From Sediminibacterium ginsengisoli (GTDB lineage Bacteria; Bacteroidota; Bacteroidia; Chitinophagales; Chitinophagaceae): 64,000 nucleotides of DNA. Below, in pieces: positions 1 to 9,341 of this stretch. The notes below the pieces were generated by a model. The model was not told the origin of the DNA. It saw only the letters and a list, made by a program, of their open reading frames with translations, and searched no databases. Position 1 is the stretch's first letter. Every line of letters begins with the position of its first letter. The translations under genes and the position numbers were made by a program. The stretch is taken from the NCBI GenBank assembly GCA_945865545.1, contig CAMBEQ010000007.1, forward strand, positions 196 to 64,195. The letters run 5' to 3'.

Positions 1-107
1 TTCATTAAAGTTTGGTACACCTTTAGCATAAATTATAATTTCATTATTGTTACAAAAAGTTTTGAATTAATTATTACATTTGCGATTGAACCACTACCTA
101 TAATCAT
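1..107 (-). pseudogene. Frameshifted 5' end of a small NAD-dependent epimerase-like gene (runs off the window)
   Basis: ATG at 107 reads MIIGSGSIANVIINSKLF, then VTIMKL-stop. Adding one T to the T5 run (A5 at 55-59 on the + strand) gives CNNNEIIIYAKGVPNFNE to the window edge. The joined peptide resembles the MIIGxGxIA...IIFASGVSN start of a small epimerase-like family (recalled, not searched). Confidence 0.45.
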
Positions 108-127
108 TTTATAATTTATTTATTAAA

Positions 128-679
128 TTAATGTCTGACGCCCTTACTAAAAATCACATTTTTAAACGTCTTGAATATTATTTCGAAGTCAAATAATAAA
201 GATTTAGTGAACAAATACTCCTCTTCTAGCTGCACTTTTTTTTCAATCGTGATATCATCTCTTCCATTAATCTGTGCCCAACCAGTAACACCTGGCTTCA
301 ATTTATAAACACCAGTAGCAACTCTATACTCCATTAAATCATATTGATTGTATAATGCTGGACGAGGACCAACAAATACCATTTCACCTTTTATTATATT
401 AATAAGATTGGGGAGTTCATCTAGACTTGTTTTTCTTATGAACTTACCTATTTTAAATAAATATTGATCTGGATTTATTAGTAAATGCGTTGCAACATTT
501 GGCGTATTCTTTTTCATGCTTCTAAACTTGTAAATATTGAAGAAGGTATAATTAATACCTACGCGTTTTTGAATGAAAAAAAATGGAAAGCCATCTTCAA
601 TAACTATAGTAATTATAACTATTAAGAAAATTGGGGAAAGGATAATAAGGAAAAGTAGGGCAAAAATCCTATTAAGCAT
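128..679 (-). CDS. Small monotopic phosphoglycosyl transferase (Bac_transf family; initiating Und-P sugar-1-P transferase)
   Basis: Single N-terminal hydrophobic segment, FFIQKRVG, YKFRSM, RKTSLDELPNL, GPRP and PGVTGWAQINGRD motifs. Confidence 0.92.
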   Translation of the reverse strand: MLNRIFALLFLIILSPIFLIVIITIVIEDGFPFFFIQKRVGINYTFFNIYKFRSMKKNTPNVATHLLINPDQYLFKIGKFIRKTSLDELPNLINIIKGEMVFVGPRPALYNQYDLMEYRVATGVYKLKPGVTGWAQINGRDDITIEKKVQLEEEYLFTKSLLFDFEIIFKTFKNVIFSKGVRH

Positions 680-699
680 TTTTTATTTTTTTAATTTTC

Positions 700-843
700 T
701 TAAATATAATTTAAAGATAAAAGTGAAATTATAATCAAAACACTCTGAAAAGGAATCATGAATCTAGAAGCATTAACAGGGCCAGTGATGTAAATATAAA
801 AAATATTTATATTTATATGGTAGATTAAATTTATAAAACTAAA
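700..843 (-). pseudogene. Remnant of the C-terminus of a polytopic membrane protein
   Basis: Stop-bounded frame with no ATG start reading FSFINLIYHINIFYIYITGPVNASRFMIPFQSVLIIISLLSLNYI-stop (approximately). The GPVxASRF + hydrophobic tail resembles the last helix of membrane GT/polymerase-like proteins. Confidence 0.35.
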
Positions 844-961
844 TTATATAAATAATAAAAATTCTTTCAATGATGTAAAATAAGACTAGTAGGAATGTAG
901 TAGTAAATAAAATATTAGAACTATTAAAAAATAATTTAAACAATTTTGAATTTGGATTATT

Positions 962-1861
962 TTACCCCCTAAATGAAATAAATGTTTTGAAAAGTTCTAC
1001 ATTTGTTTTGTATGGCATATTATTACCAATTGCAGCTGTAATCTTTCTATTAGATACCAAGTAATTTTCTGTTATTTTTTTTAATAAAATTGAATTATAT
1101 TTTGATTTTAATATACCACCAAAATAAAAAAGTAATTTTATAATTTTTTTTGGTATTGAAATGAAATAGATCTTTTTACCGGTTATGTCTGAGATTATCG
1201 AAATTATTTGATTAGTAGATATTGTATCATCATCTGCAATATTATATATTCCAGATTCAATATTATGTTGTATAATCAATTCGTTTATGGTGTAACAAAG
1301 ATTATCTACGTAACAGAATGAACGTTTATTGATAAATGCTGATAAAGGCCAAAATCTTGATTTTGTAACAAAGTTATATAATAAATTTAGATTTCCTTTA
1401 TTCCCTAAACCATATACCATTGCTGGCCTTAATATGTAAAATTTTTTAAAAGAATTAAGACTGTGATTTAAAATATACTTATCAGCTGCTAATTTGCTTC
1501 TCCCATAAATACTACTAGGTGCTTCAAAAGTATTTTCTGTAATAAAATTATTTTCAGAAAAATCAGATACAGCTTTTATTGAACTTATAGTTATGAATTT
1601 AATTGCATTTGAAGATAAAAATGAATCAAAAATCCTATTACACAATTTAGTATTGACATTGAAATATTCACTTGAATTTGAAATATTATTGGTATCATGT
1701 GCCTTGCCTGCAAGATTTATTATTACATCAAAATTATTTGCATTAAAATTATATTTAGCTAATCTTAAACTAATTATAGTTATATCATAATTAAATTTAG
1801 ATAAAAATAATTTTAAGTTACTTCCTATAAAACCTGATGCACCTATTATAGCAATTTTCAT
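962..1861 (-). CDS. NAD-dependent epimerase/reductase (extended SDR; WbpV/WreQ-like 4-reductase)
   Basis: GASGFIG, NLAGKAHD, SSIKAV, YGRSK (YxxxK), RPAMVYG.GNKGNL, RSFCYVDNL. Confidence 0.8.
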   Translation of the reverse strand: MKIAIIGASGFIGSNLKLFLSKFNYDITIISLRLAKYNFNANNFDVIINLAGKAHDTNNISNSSEYFNVNTKLCNRIFDSFLSSNAIKFITISSIKAVSDFSENNFITENTFEAPSSIYGRSKLAADKYILNHSLNSFKKFYILRPAMVYGLGNKGNLNLLYNFVTKSRFWPLSAFINKRSFCYVDNLCYTINELIIQHNIESGIYNIADDDTISTNQIISIISDITGKKIYFISIPKKIIKLLFYFGGILKSKYNSILLKKITENYLVSNRKITAAIGNNMPYKTNVELFKTFISFRG

Positions 1862-1866
1862 ATTTA

Positions 1867-2706
1867 TTAGAATTGCTTAAGGCAATCCTTATTAATTATT
1901 TTTCTGTTAATGTCATTAAACCAGTTCCATTTATTATAAAAATAAAATGCAGATCTTAAATATATTATAAACAGTTTAAAATTTTTATTTGCTCCAGAAG
2001 CATAACCATGATATACTGATACTAATGGATAATATATTGTCTTATATTTCATATGTATTCTTCTTGAAAGATCCCAATCTTCAAAATACATAAAATATCT
2101 CTCATCATATAATCCAATTTTTGTTATTGATTCTAAATTTAATAAAGTAAAACATCCAGATAATATTGGAGAATTGTAAATTAGATTAGAATTAATATTT
2201 CTTAATTCAATTTGATTTACGATTAAACGATTTATAATTGGTAAATATTTAAATTTTCTAAAAAACAATTGTAACGGTGATGGTAGTAATTTAGGTAAAA
2301 ATTGTATAGTGCCATCTAAATTTAGAATTTTAGGCATAATCATTCCAATAGTTTTATCTGAAATTACATAATTCAACAAATGATTTATTGTACCTAATGG
2401 AATTATTATATCTGGATTTATAATGAAATGATAAGAAAAATTCTTTTTAATTGCATCATTAAGTGCGATATTATGAGACTTACCAAAACCAGGATTACTT
2501 GGATTATGTAAATATACTACATTATAAAAATGATTAAAATCAGATTTATTATTATTGATAGAATTATCAATTAAATAAATACATTTAATATTAGAAAAAA
2601 TTAAATTTTGAATTAACTTAATAATTTCATTTATATTGCTATTGTAAAGTACAATAGAAGCACTTGCTCTAATTGAAAGGGGCTTGGTAATAAAAATATT
2701 AGACAT
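1867..2706 (-). CDS. Glycosyltransferase family 2 (WbbL/rhamnosyltransferase-like)
   Basis: SIVLYN, IDN, NPGFGKSHN, INPD, SGCF, DERYFMYFEDWDL, HGY. Confidence 0.88.
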   Translation of the reverse strand: MSNIFITKPLSIRASASIVLYNSNINEIIKLIQNLIFSNIKCIYLIDNSINNNKSDFNHFYNVVYLHNPSNPGFGKSHNIALNDAIKKNFSYHFIINPDIIIPLGTINHLLNYVISDKTIGMIMPKILNLDGTIQFLPKLLPSPLQLFFRKFKYLPIINRLIVNQIELRNINSNLIYNSPILSGCFTLLNLESITKIGLYDERYFMYFEDWDLSRRIHMKYKTIYYPLVSVYHGYASGANKNFKLFIIYLRSAFYFYNKWNWFNDINRKIINKDCLKQF

Positions 2707-3289
2707 TTATCCATATTTTAAATTCAAAATCATATCTTTTAATAACTCTAGCTGGATTACCAATAGCTATTGAATTTTTAGGAATATCCTTTGTAACTAC
2801 TGATAAGGTACCAATTATTGAACCTTCCCCAATTGTTACACCAGGTAGAATACAAGAGCCTTCTCCAATCCAAACATTATCTTCTATTGTTACAGGAGAA
2901 GTACTTAATTTTCGATTTTTGGGTATGGATGTTGGTTCATCTTGAATTAATCCTTTGTATGAACCATGATTAATATCGGTAATAAATATTTTACTAGCAA
3001 TTAAAACATTATTCCCAATATTAATACATTCGCCTGCTGATATATGAACATTATCATTAATTTCAACATTTTCTCCGAATAAAAGAACAGCTTTACTTTT
3101 ATTTGAAAATGGATAAGCTTCAAATCTACAATTGTATCCACAGGTTAAATTGTTACCAATTTTAATAAACTTTTTATTTCGAATGTCAAATGGAAATCTT
3201 ATTAACCTAGCATTACTATAAAATAATTTTGTTAAAATAAAAGATCTTATTAATCTACAAAATCCAAAAAAATCATATTGTTTATACAA
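2699..3289 (-). CDS. Hexapeptide-repeat O-acetyltransferase (WbbJ-like)
   Basis: RLIRFPFDIR N-terminus, [LIV]Gxx hexapeptide repeats, ITDINHG, VWIGE, GNPARVIK. Confidence 0.88.
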   Translation of the reverse strand: MYKQYDFFGFCRLIRSFILTKLFYSNARLIRFPFDIRNKKFIKIGNNLTCGYNCRFEAYPFSNKSKAVLLFGENVEINDNVHISAGECINIGNNVLIASKIFITDINHGSYKGLIQDEPTSIPKNRKLSTSPVTIEDNVWIGEGSCILPGVTIGEGSIIGTLSVVTKDIPKNSIAIGNPARVIKRYDFEFKIWINV

Positions 3290-3296
3290 GGTATTT

Positions 3297-4427
3297 TTAT
3301 TTTGATATATTATTTAAAATAGTAAGATATTCCATTGCTCTTTCTTGTGCTGAATTGAAATTTTTTAATCTGGACTTTCCTAGTGAAATTAGATTAATCC
3401 TCAAATTATGATTATTTTTAATATCTAAAATTTTATTTACTATATCAACTGGATTAATCGGATCAAAGTAATAAGCGGCTTCTTGACAGATTTCCTTAGC
3501 GAATGTTAGATTAGAAGTTAAAATAGGTTTATTCATAACCATAGCTTCAGGATAATTAGCCGTAAAACATTCTAAAAGCGTAGGCAAAAAAACTACATCA
3601 GATATTTCATACAATTCTGGGCATTCTTTTACATCAATTCTACCTAAATTGATAATTGATTTTTTAGCAATTGGATGAAAATTTTTTTCATATAAATTTT
3701 TATCAATAGTAAGAATAAATTTAATGTTGTTATTTATATCTATTTTGTTTAGTAACGGAATTACTTCATTTAAAATAATTAAATTTTTATGTTTTTCAAA
3801 TGAACACAAACTTAGTAATATAAAATCATTGGTATTAATTGTTGGTATTTTAATAGTATTAAAATGGTTAATTTTAGTAAAATAATTGTTATATGTGTTA
3901 CTCACAGTAAAAATATTATTTATATTTACTTTTAATAATTTATGTAATCTTTTAGTTACATCTTTAGTTTCACATACAAAATATTTACCATTTCTTTTTA
4001 AAAAAAATACATGTATTATTTTTTTTAAAAAAATTAAAAGCCTATCATATAATGGTATTATATTAAAAAATGGTGATTCAGGATATACATAATGAGGATA
4101 TGCATAACCTATCAAATGAGGATATTTTGGAGTCCACCAAGAGGGTCCAAAAATTGAAAAAACACAATTTGGGTTAATTTTATTAGAAAGAGTTCTTAAT
4201 CTATTCCTAATTGTAAATCCATAAAATAAATTTAAAGGGTGCTTTTTAAAAATATAAAATTTAAAATTCTTGGGGAAATCAGTGATTTTAATTTGATTTA
4301 ACACAGTTTTACTTAAAAAAACATGATACTCATTATCTGAAATTTCTATACATTCATAAAGAAAAGATACACTTACCTGAGTAACACCTGTCCCACTCAA
4401 AGTAGAAGTATTGATAATAATTTTCAA
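3297..4427 (-). CDS. Glycosyltransferase family 4 (WbbK-like)
   Basis: HKNL, FLPTLLECFTANYPEAM, KPILTSNL, AAYYFDP. Confidence 0.88.
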   Translation of the reverse strand: MKIIINTSTLSGTGVTQVSVSFLYECIEISDNEYHVFLSKTVLNQIKITDFPKNFKFYIFKKHPLNLFYGFTIRNRLRTLSNKINPNCVFSIFGPSWWTPKYPHLIGYAYPHYVYPESPFFNIIPLYDRLLIFLKKIIHVFFLKRNGKYFVCETKDVTKRLHKLLKVNINNIFTVSNTYNNYFTKINHFNTIKIPTINTNDFILLSLCSFEKHKNLIILNEVIPLLNKIDINNNIKFILTIDKNLYEKNFHPIAKKSIINLGRIDVKECPELYEISDVVFLPTLLECFTANYPEAMVMNKPILTSNLTFAKEICQEAAYYFDPINPVDIVNKILDIKNNHNLRINLISLGKSRLKNFNSAQERAMEYLTILNNISK

Positions 4428-5194
4428 GAAATCTTAATATTAAATTTGTATAAAATTTGTCTAATATTAAATTTAATTCGCATTAAAAACGCATTATAAT
4501 ATATTAAAAAATAATTTTGTGTAAAGTTACTTTTTTTTGCATTTATTATTTCTCTATTAATTTTTTTTGCATTTCTCATTCCTATACCACCTTCGCGAAT
4601 AGTTGCTGAAATAAAATCTGTAAATACTGGATTAATAAATTTATAACACCTTAATAAAAATTCATAATCACCAGCTATTTTATAATTAATATTAAATTTA
4701 CCAAAATTATGAAATAATTTTCTATGATGTAATGAAGCTACATGAGCAATAGTGCAATATCTTTTCATTTTATTATTCCATGGCTTACCTATAATTCGAA
4801 TCTGTTTTAAATTAGAGTTAACTAATTTATTCTTTGAAGAAATAAAATTACAATTAATATTTTTTTTAATTTGAGCATTGTAATTATTAAAAGCATTGGG
4901 ATTAAAAAAATCATCACCGCCAATAAATGTTACCCAATTAGCTGAAGTTAGTTCTAAGCCTTTATTCCATGCATCATAAATACCATGATCTTTTTCTGAT
5001 ATCCATTTTAATTTATCATCAAATAATAGTTCAAATTTTTTTAATATTTCTACTGTTGCATCATAAGAATTACCATCAATTATTACTAATTCAAAATTAG
5101 TATAATTTTGTTCTAAAATAGAAACTAAGCACATTTCTATTGTTTTTTCGGAATTATATGTTGCTATAATAATTGAAATTTTATTTTCAAACAT
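4424..5194 (-). CDS. Glycosyltransferase family 2 (WcaE-like)
   Basis: SIIIATYN, IDGNSYDAT, SEKDHGIYDAWNKG, FIGGDD, AGDYEF. Confidence 0.9.
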   Translation of the reverse strand: MFENKISIIIATYNSEKTIEMCLVSILEQNYTNFELVIIDGNSYDATVEILKKFELLFDDKLKWISEKDHGIYDAWNKGLELTSANWVTFIGGDDFFNPNAFNNYNAQIKKNINCNFISSKNKLVNSNLKQIRIIGKPWNNKMKRYCTIAHVASLHHRKLFHNFGKFNINYKIAGDYEFLLRCYKFINPVFTDFISATIREGGIGMRNAKKINREIINAKKSNFTQNYFLIYYNAFLMRIKFNIRQILYKFNIKIS

Positions 5195-6456
5195 TAATTA
5201 TAATTGAATAAAAGTTTTAAAGAGCCCATAAATGGGTCAAGTGGATGTTCAAAGGCAAGAAATTGGATTGATGAGATTTTATTAATAACCATAAAGGAAG
5301 TTCTTAGTAAGCCCGATAAGAAAATAAAAATCACGAAAATTAAAATTTTATTTTTTGAAAAATTAAAAATAAGCCACCTAAATATATAAATTCCAATAAA
5401 GGGAATTGAAAAGTATGTAACTCTATTTATAATACTACTAATAGATGGCAGAAGTACTGTTAAAAAACTTAAAATTAAGGTAATGAAAAATATATAATTG
5501 TTCCAATTATCATTTTTGAAAAAATAAAATGTGAATAATAAAAATGAAGAAAAAAATAACATGACAATAATTTGTCTAAAATTATTGCCTGAATCTGAAT
5601 CTATATAAGCAATAATTCGATCTAAATTTAATGTAGATAGATAATTTATTGCACTTGTAAATGTGATAAATAAAATTGAAGTTATAAATAATATAAATAG
5701 AATAATTGGTAATTTGTTAAGATAAAATTTAGTTTGTTTAAATGAAATAAAAAGTAAAAAGAAAATTACAAATATTATTGAAACTAAATGGATAAGAGGT
5801 GTAATTAAAATATAAATAATTCCAATTCGTTTATTTGAAATAAAATATTTTACAGTACCAAGTAAAAAAAAGGAGAAGGCAAGTTGTTGTCTCCAAATGT
5901 GAAATATCGAATCTAATGACCCAGGGGTTATAAAAAAATAAGCTAATGCAATTATAAGAAAATACTTATTTGATATAGTATAAAATGAATAAAATAAAAT
6001 TATAAATATTAAAAAATAGTGTGTAAATAAAAATTGGTTTTCGCCAAAATTTAAGAAATTTAATAAAAACCAAAATGGCAAATGCCAAAGTGGTTCATTG
6101 TTACCAGGAAATTCAAAAAATCTTGTAAAGATATCACTAAATGATAATTTGAAATTTGTATTATAAAGTAAAATATAATTAGTTACATCGTCTCCAGCAG
6201 TATCATCGGCCCAAAAAACACCATATTTTCTAGAATAGAAAAATAAAGTAAATGCAAATGCAGGGGCAAATATAGTAATTAATTTAGGTGGGGTAATAAA
6301 TTTAGATAAAATAGCTAAAAAAAAGAGTGCCAAAAATGGATTTAAAAATAAGAAAGCTGTAATACAAATAATAGAAGATAAATAAAATATATTTATTTTA
6401 TCTTTATTTTTTTTAAATAAATAGTTTTCTTTATAAAATTCTTGATTTATTAACAA
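5194..6456 (-). CDS. wzy: EpsG-family polytopic membrane protein, putative polysaccharide polymerase
   Basis: About 10 hydrophobic segments; D..NY, EPLW, WRQQLAFSF and IHLVSI motifs typical of EpsG/Wzy; lies among GTs. Confidence 0.7.
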   Translation of the reverse strand: MLINQEFYKENYLFKKNKDKINIFYLSSIICITAFLFLNPFLALFFLAILSKFITPPKLITIFAPAFAFTLFFYSRKYGVFWADDTAGDDVTNYILLYNTNFKLSFSDIFTRFFEFPGNNEPLWHLPFWFLLNFLNFGENQFLFTHYFLIFIILFYSFYTISNKYFLIIALAYFFITPGSLDSIFHIWRQQLAFSFFLLGTVKYFISNKRIGIIYILITPLIHLVSIIFVIFFLLFISFKQTKFYLNKLPIILFILFITSILFITFTSAINYLSTLNLDRIIAYIDSDSGNNFRQIIVMLFFSSFLLFTFYFFKNDNWNNYIFFITLILSFLTVLLPSISSIINRVTYFSIPFIGIYIFRWLIFNFSKNKILIFVIFIFLSGLLRTSFMVINKISSIQFLAFEHPLDPFMGSLKLLFNYN

Positions 6457-6466
6457 CTAAATATTA

Positions 6467-7186
6467 TTATAAATTTCTAAAAAATATTGCATCAACTTGT
6501 AATAATTTTCCTGTTTCTGAATTAATAAAAACAGGGTAATATGCCCATAAATTATACCCAAGTTTATTAAGCTTATCTACCATTTCATTATATAAAATTT
6601 GCCCACTATACAATTGTACAAAAGATAATTCGACTTGAATTCCAATTATATTTTTAAGTATTTCAGAAGCTCCATCCAATACTCTGTCTTCAAAACCTTG
6701 TGTGTCAATTTTTAAAAAATAATTTAATTGATTGGTATTTAATTCATGAAATATTGTATCAAACTTATGAATTGTCACTTCTTCTCTCCCGATAAACATA
6801 GAGTTATTGTCCGCAGTGACATGTGAATCTAAAATATTTAATATTGAGCTGCTTTCTGAATTTTCAGAAATATTAATATTAGTTACACCATCTTCATTTC
6901 CAATAGCCATTCTAGGTGCTACTTGCCAATTTATATCTTTTTTGGATGTTTTAATTAATTTAATGTAAGCACTAGACAATGGTTCAAATGAAATAATATT
7001 ACCTTTAAACCCAATATCTCGTAAGTACAAACCATAATTTCCTTCATTTGCTCCAATATCAAAAATTGTTTTTATATTAAATTTATTTAACATTCTATTA
7101 TAAATGAATTTAGGATCTTTTTCTTTTTTATAGCGACTTAAATTATATCCAAGATAATTGATACTTCTTTTTAAAATATTTTTCAT
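6467..7186 (-). CDS. FkbM-family methyltransferase
   Basis: IFDIGANEG, SFEP, LKIDTQGFEDRVLDGA, QVELS, QVDAIF. Confidence 0.92.
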   Translation of the reverse strand: MKNILKRSINYLGYNLSRYKKEKDPKFIYNRMLNKFNIKTIFDIGANEGNYGLYLRDIGFKGNIISFEPLSSAYIKLIKTSKKDINWQVAPRMAIGNEDGVTNINISENSESSSILNILDSHVTADNNSMFIGREEVTIHKFDTIFHELNTNQLNYFLKIDTQGFEDRVLDGASEILKNIIGIQVELSFVQLYSGQILYNEMVDKLNKLGYNLWAYYPVFINSETGKLLQVDAIFFRNL

Positions 7187-7189
7187 AAA

Positions 7190-8338
7190 TTAATTTAATA
7201 TTTCTTTAATAGCCTGAATTACATCATCAACATCATTATCTGTTAATTTAGCTGATAGCGGTAAACTTAAAATACTTCTACCCACTTTCATAGCATTAGG
7301 GGTCATCTCAGGCTCCCAACCTAATACATCTTGGTAATATGGATGTTCTGGAATACTTAAATAATGTACCCCAACTCCAATTTTATAATCTTTTAGTCTA
7401 TCAATAAATTCATCTCTTGAAATTCCACATAATTCTTTTTCAATTAAAATAGTAAACAAATGATACCCGTGTATTGTATTTTGTGCAGGAGCTGGGGGTA
7501 ATATTATGGGTAGGTCTTTAAATTCTATCATATACTTCTTCCAAATCAATTCTCTTCTTTCCCAAAAAGGTGTTATTTTTTTTAATTGTTGTATTCCAAT
7601 ACTAGCTTGTAAATCCATCATATTATACTTAAAACCACATTCAACAACTTGATAGTGTTTATAACCGTCATCACCAAATCTTTTCCATGCATCCTTGTTC
7701 ATTCCGTGTAAACCTAACGTTTTTATTCTTGTAGCAAACTCATTATTTTTTGTTAATACCATGCCACCTTCACCAGTTACAATATTTTTTGTAACATAAA
7801 AACTAAAACAACCAAAATCTCCTATAGTACCAACATGCTGCCCATGATATACAGTTTCAATAGCATGTGCACAATCCTCAATAATTTTCAAATTAAAATC
7901 GGATGAGATTTTCATAATTTCATCCATATCACATGGTCTGCCAGCAAAATGTACTGGTATAATTGCCTTCGTTTTGCTTGTGATTTTTTTTCTAATCTCG
8001 ACTGTACTAATATTTAAAGTATCAATATCTATATCAGCTAATATTGGTGTACCGCCTGCATGAATTATTGCATTGACGGTAGCACAAAATGTTAATGGAG
8101 TAGTTATTACCTCATCTCCTGGTTTTATGCCTGATACCAACATACTTAGATGCAAGGCTGCCGTACAAGAACTCAATGCAATTGAATAATTTGCATTTTT
8201 ATACTCTTTAAAATCTGATTCAAATTGTGCAACTTTTGGGCCTGATCCTAACCAACCTGATTTTAAAGTTTTAATTACTTCATCAATTTCTTCTTCTTCA
8301 ATAAATGGTTGTGCAAAAATCAAAAAGTCATTTCTCAT
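7190..8338 (-). CDS. DegT/DnrJ/EryC1/StrS PLP-dependent NDP-sugar aminotransferase (ArnB/SpsC-like)
   Basis: SGWLGSGPKV, SSCTAALHL, PVHFAG, EDCAHA, FSFYVTKN (catalytic Lys present), GEGG. Confidence 0.92.
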   Translation of the reverse strand: MRNDFLIFAQPFIEEEEIDEVIKTLKSGWLGSGPKVAQFESDFKEYKNANYSIALSSCTAALHLSMLVSGIKPGDEVITTPLTFCATVNAIIHAGGTPILADIDIDTLNISTVEIRKKITSKTKAIIPVHFAGRPCDMDEIMKISSDFNLKIIEDCAHAIETVYHGQHVGTIGDFGCFSFYVTKNIVTGEGGMVLTKNNEFATRIKTLGLHGMNKDAWKRFGDDGYKHYQVVECGFKYNMMDLQASIGIQQLKKITPFWERRELIWKKYMIEFKDLPIILPPAPAQNTIHGYHLFTILIEKELCGISRDEFIDRLKDYKIGVGVHYLSIPEHPYYQDVLGWEPEMTPNAMKVGRSILSLPLSAKLTDNDVDDVIQAIKEILN

Positions 8339-9341
8339 TATAATACAATTTAGTTAGATATGTTTCAGAATATATATTAAATCTTTTTGTAAAAATTCTT
8401 TTTAGGTCTTTAAAACTTTGTAATAGTACAAAAAATAAATTAAAACCAAATATGTCTCTATAATTATATCTAGCAGGATAATATCTTTTGAAATTATAGT
8501 TGATATCAATACTAATAATAAGCTTTTCTGCATCAATTAGTAAATTTACATATGAAGAATATATATATGTAATAACATTTTTTGTATATCTATATCTACC
8601 AAGTTCATATAAACCATTAGGGTATCTTCCAAATGCATGATAGTGATAAAATATTATTGGAGTATTATTTACATATAACATTTGATCTTTTATAAATATT
8701 CTATATTGAAGTATATTCCATGGAGCAACACCAGCACCAATATTATTAATGACTTTAACACCATTAAAATTATCAACCCAATTATCTAAACAGAGTTGCC
8801 CAGGATATAAAGTTGGTGTATTTTTACTATATTTAAAACACTCTGTTTTCCAATAATTTAATACTGATAATCCATCTAAATTATTTTTGAATGCATTAAA
8901 TTGAATACAATAATTCCCAGCTGATTTAGCATTATCAGTATCTAATGAAAAGTTATGTGGTACTAGACAAGATGAATACCCCTCTAATTCGTTTATAATT
9001 ATTTCAGGATCAGAAAAAAATATTGTATCGGATTCTTGATAAATAATCATGTCTAAATAAAATGTATTTAATAAATATTCACAAAATACTGGTTGACATA
9101 CCCAACAAAATTGTCCAAATGTAGTTTCATTACGAACTATATTTAGTTGAGAATTCATTAAATCATCTATATGTATTGGAATTAAATTAGTTAATTTAAA
9201 TTTAATTAAAAGTTTGAAAGATTCTGTATCCATACATAGACAAAATAATTGATAGTTTCGGCTTGAGTATTTTAAAGAATTATAAAGTGCTAATCCTTGA
9301 ATTAAATAATTTTTATCAAAAATTGTACAATATGATCTCAT
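8328..9341 (-). CDS. Putative glycosyltransferase (GT-A, GT8-like uncharacterised family)
   Basis: CTIFDKNYL..GLALYNSL, ESDTIFFSDP, GQLCLDNW, GAGVAPWN, PIIFYHYH. Confidence 0.65.
   Translation of the reverse strand: MRSYCTIFDKNYLIQGLALYNSLKYSSRNYQLFCLCMDTESFKLLIKFKLTNLIPIHIDDLMNSQLNIVRNETTFGQFCWVCQPVFCEYLLNTFYLDMIIYQESDTIFFSDPEIIINELEGYSSCLVPHNFSLDTDNAKSAGNYCIQFNAFKNNLDGLSVLNYWKTECFKYSKNTPTLYPGQLCLDNWVDNFNGVKVINNIGAGVAPWNILQYRIFIKDQMLYVNNTPIIFYHYHAFGRYPNGLYELGRYRYTKNVITYIYSSYVNLLIDAEKLIISIDINYNFKRYYPARYNYRDIFGFNLFFVLLQSFKDLKRIFTKRFNIYSETYLTKLYYNEK

Noticed and set aside
75-82. TACATTTG on the + strand matching the Bacteroidota -7 element
   Set aside because: It points antisense into the operon, has no -33 partner and lies in the probable coding remnant; such 8-mers occur by chance in AT-rich DNA.
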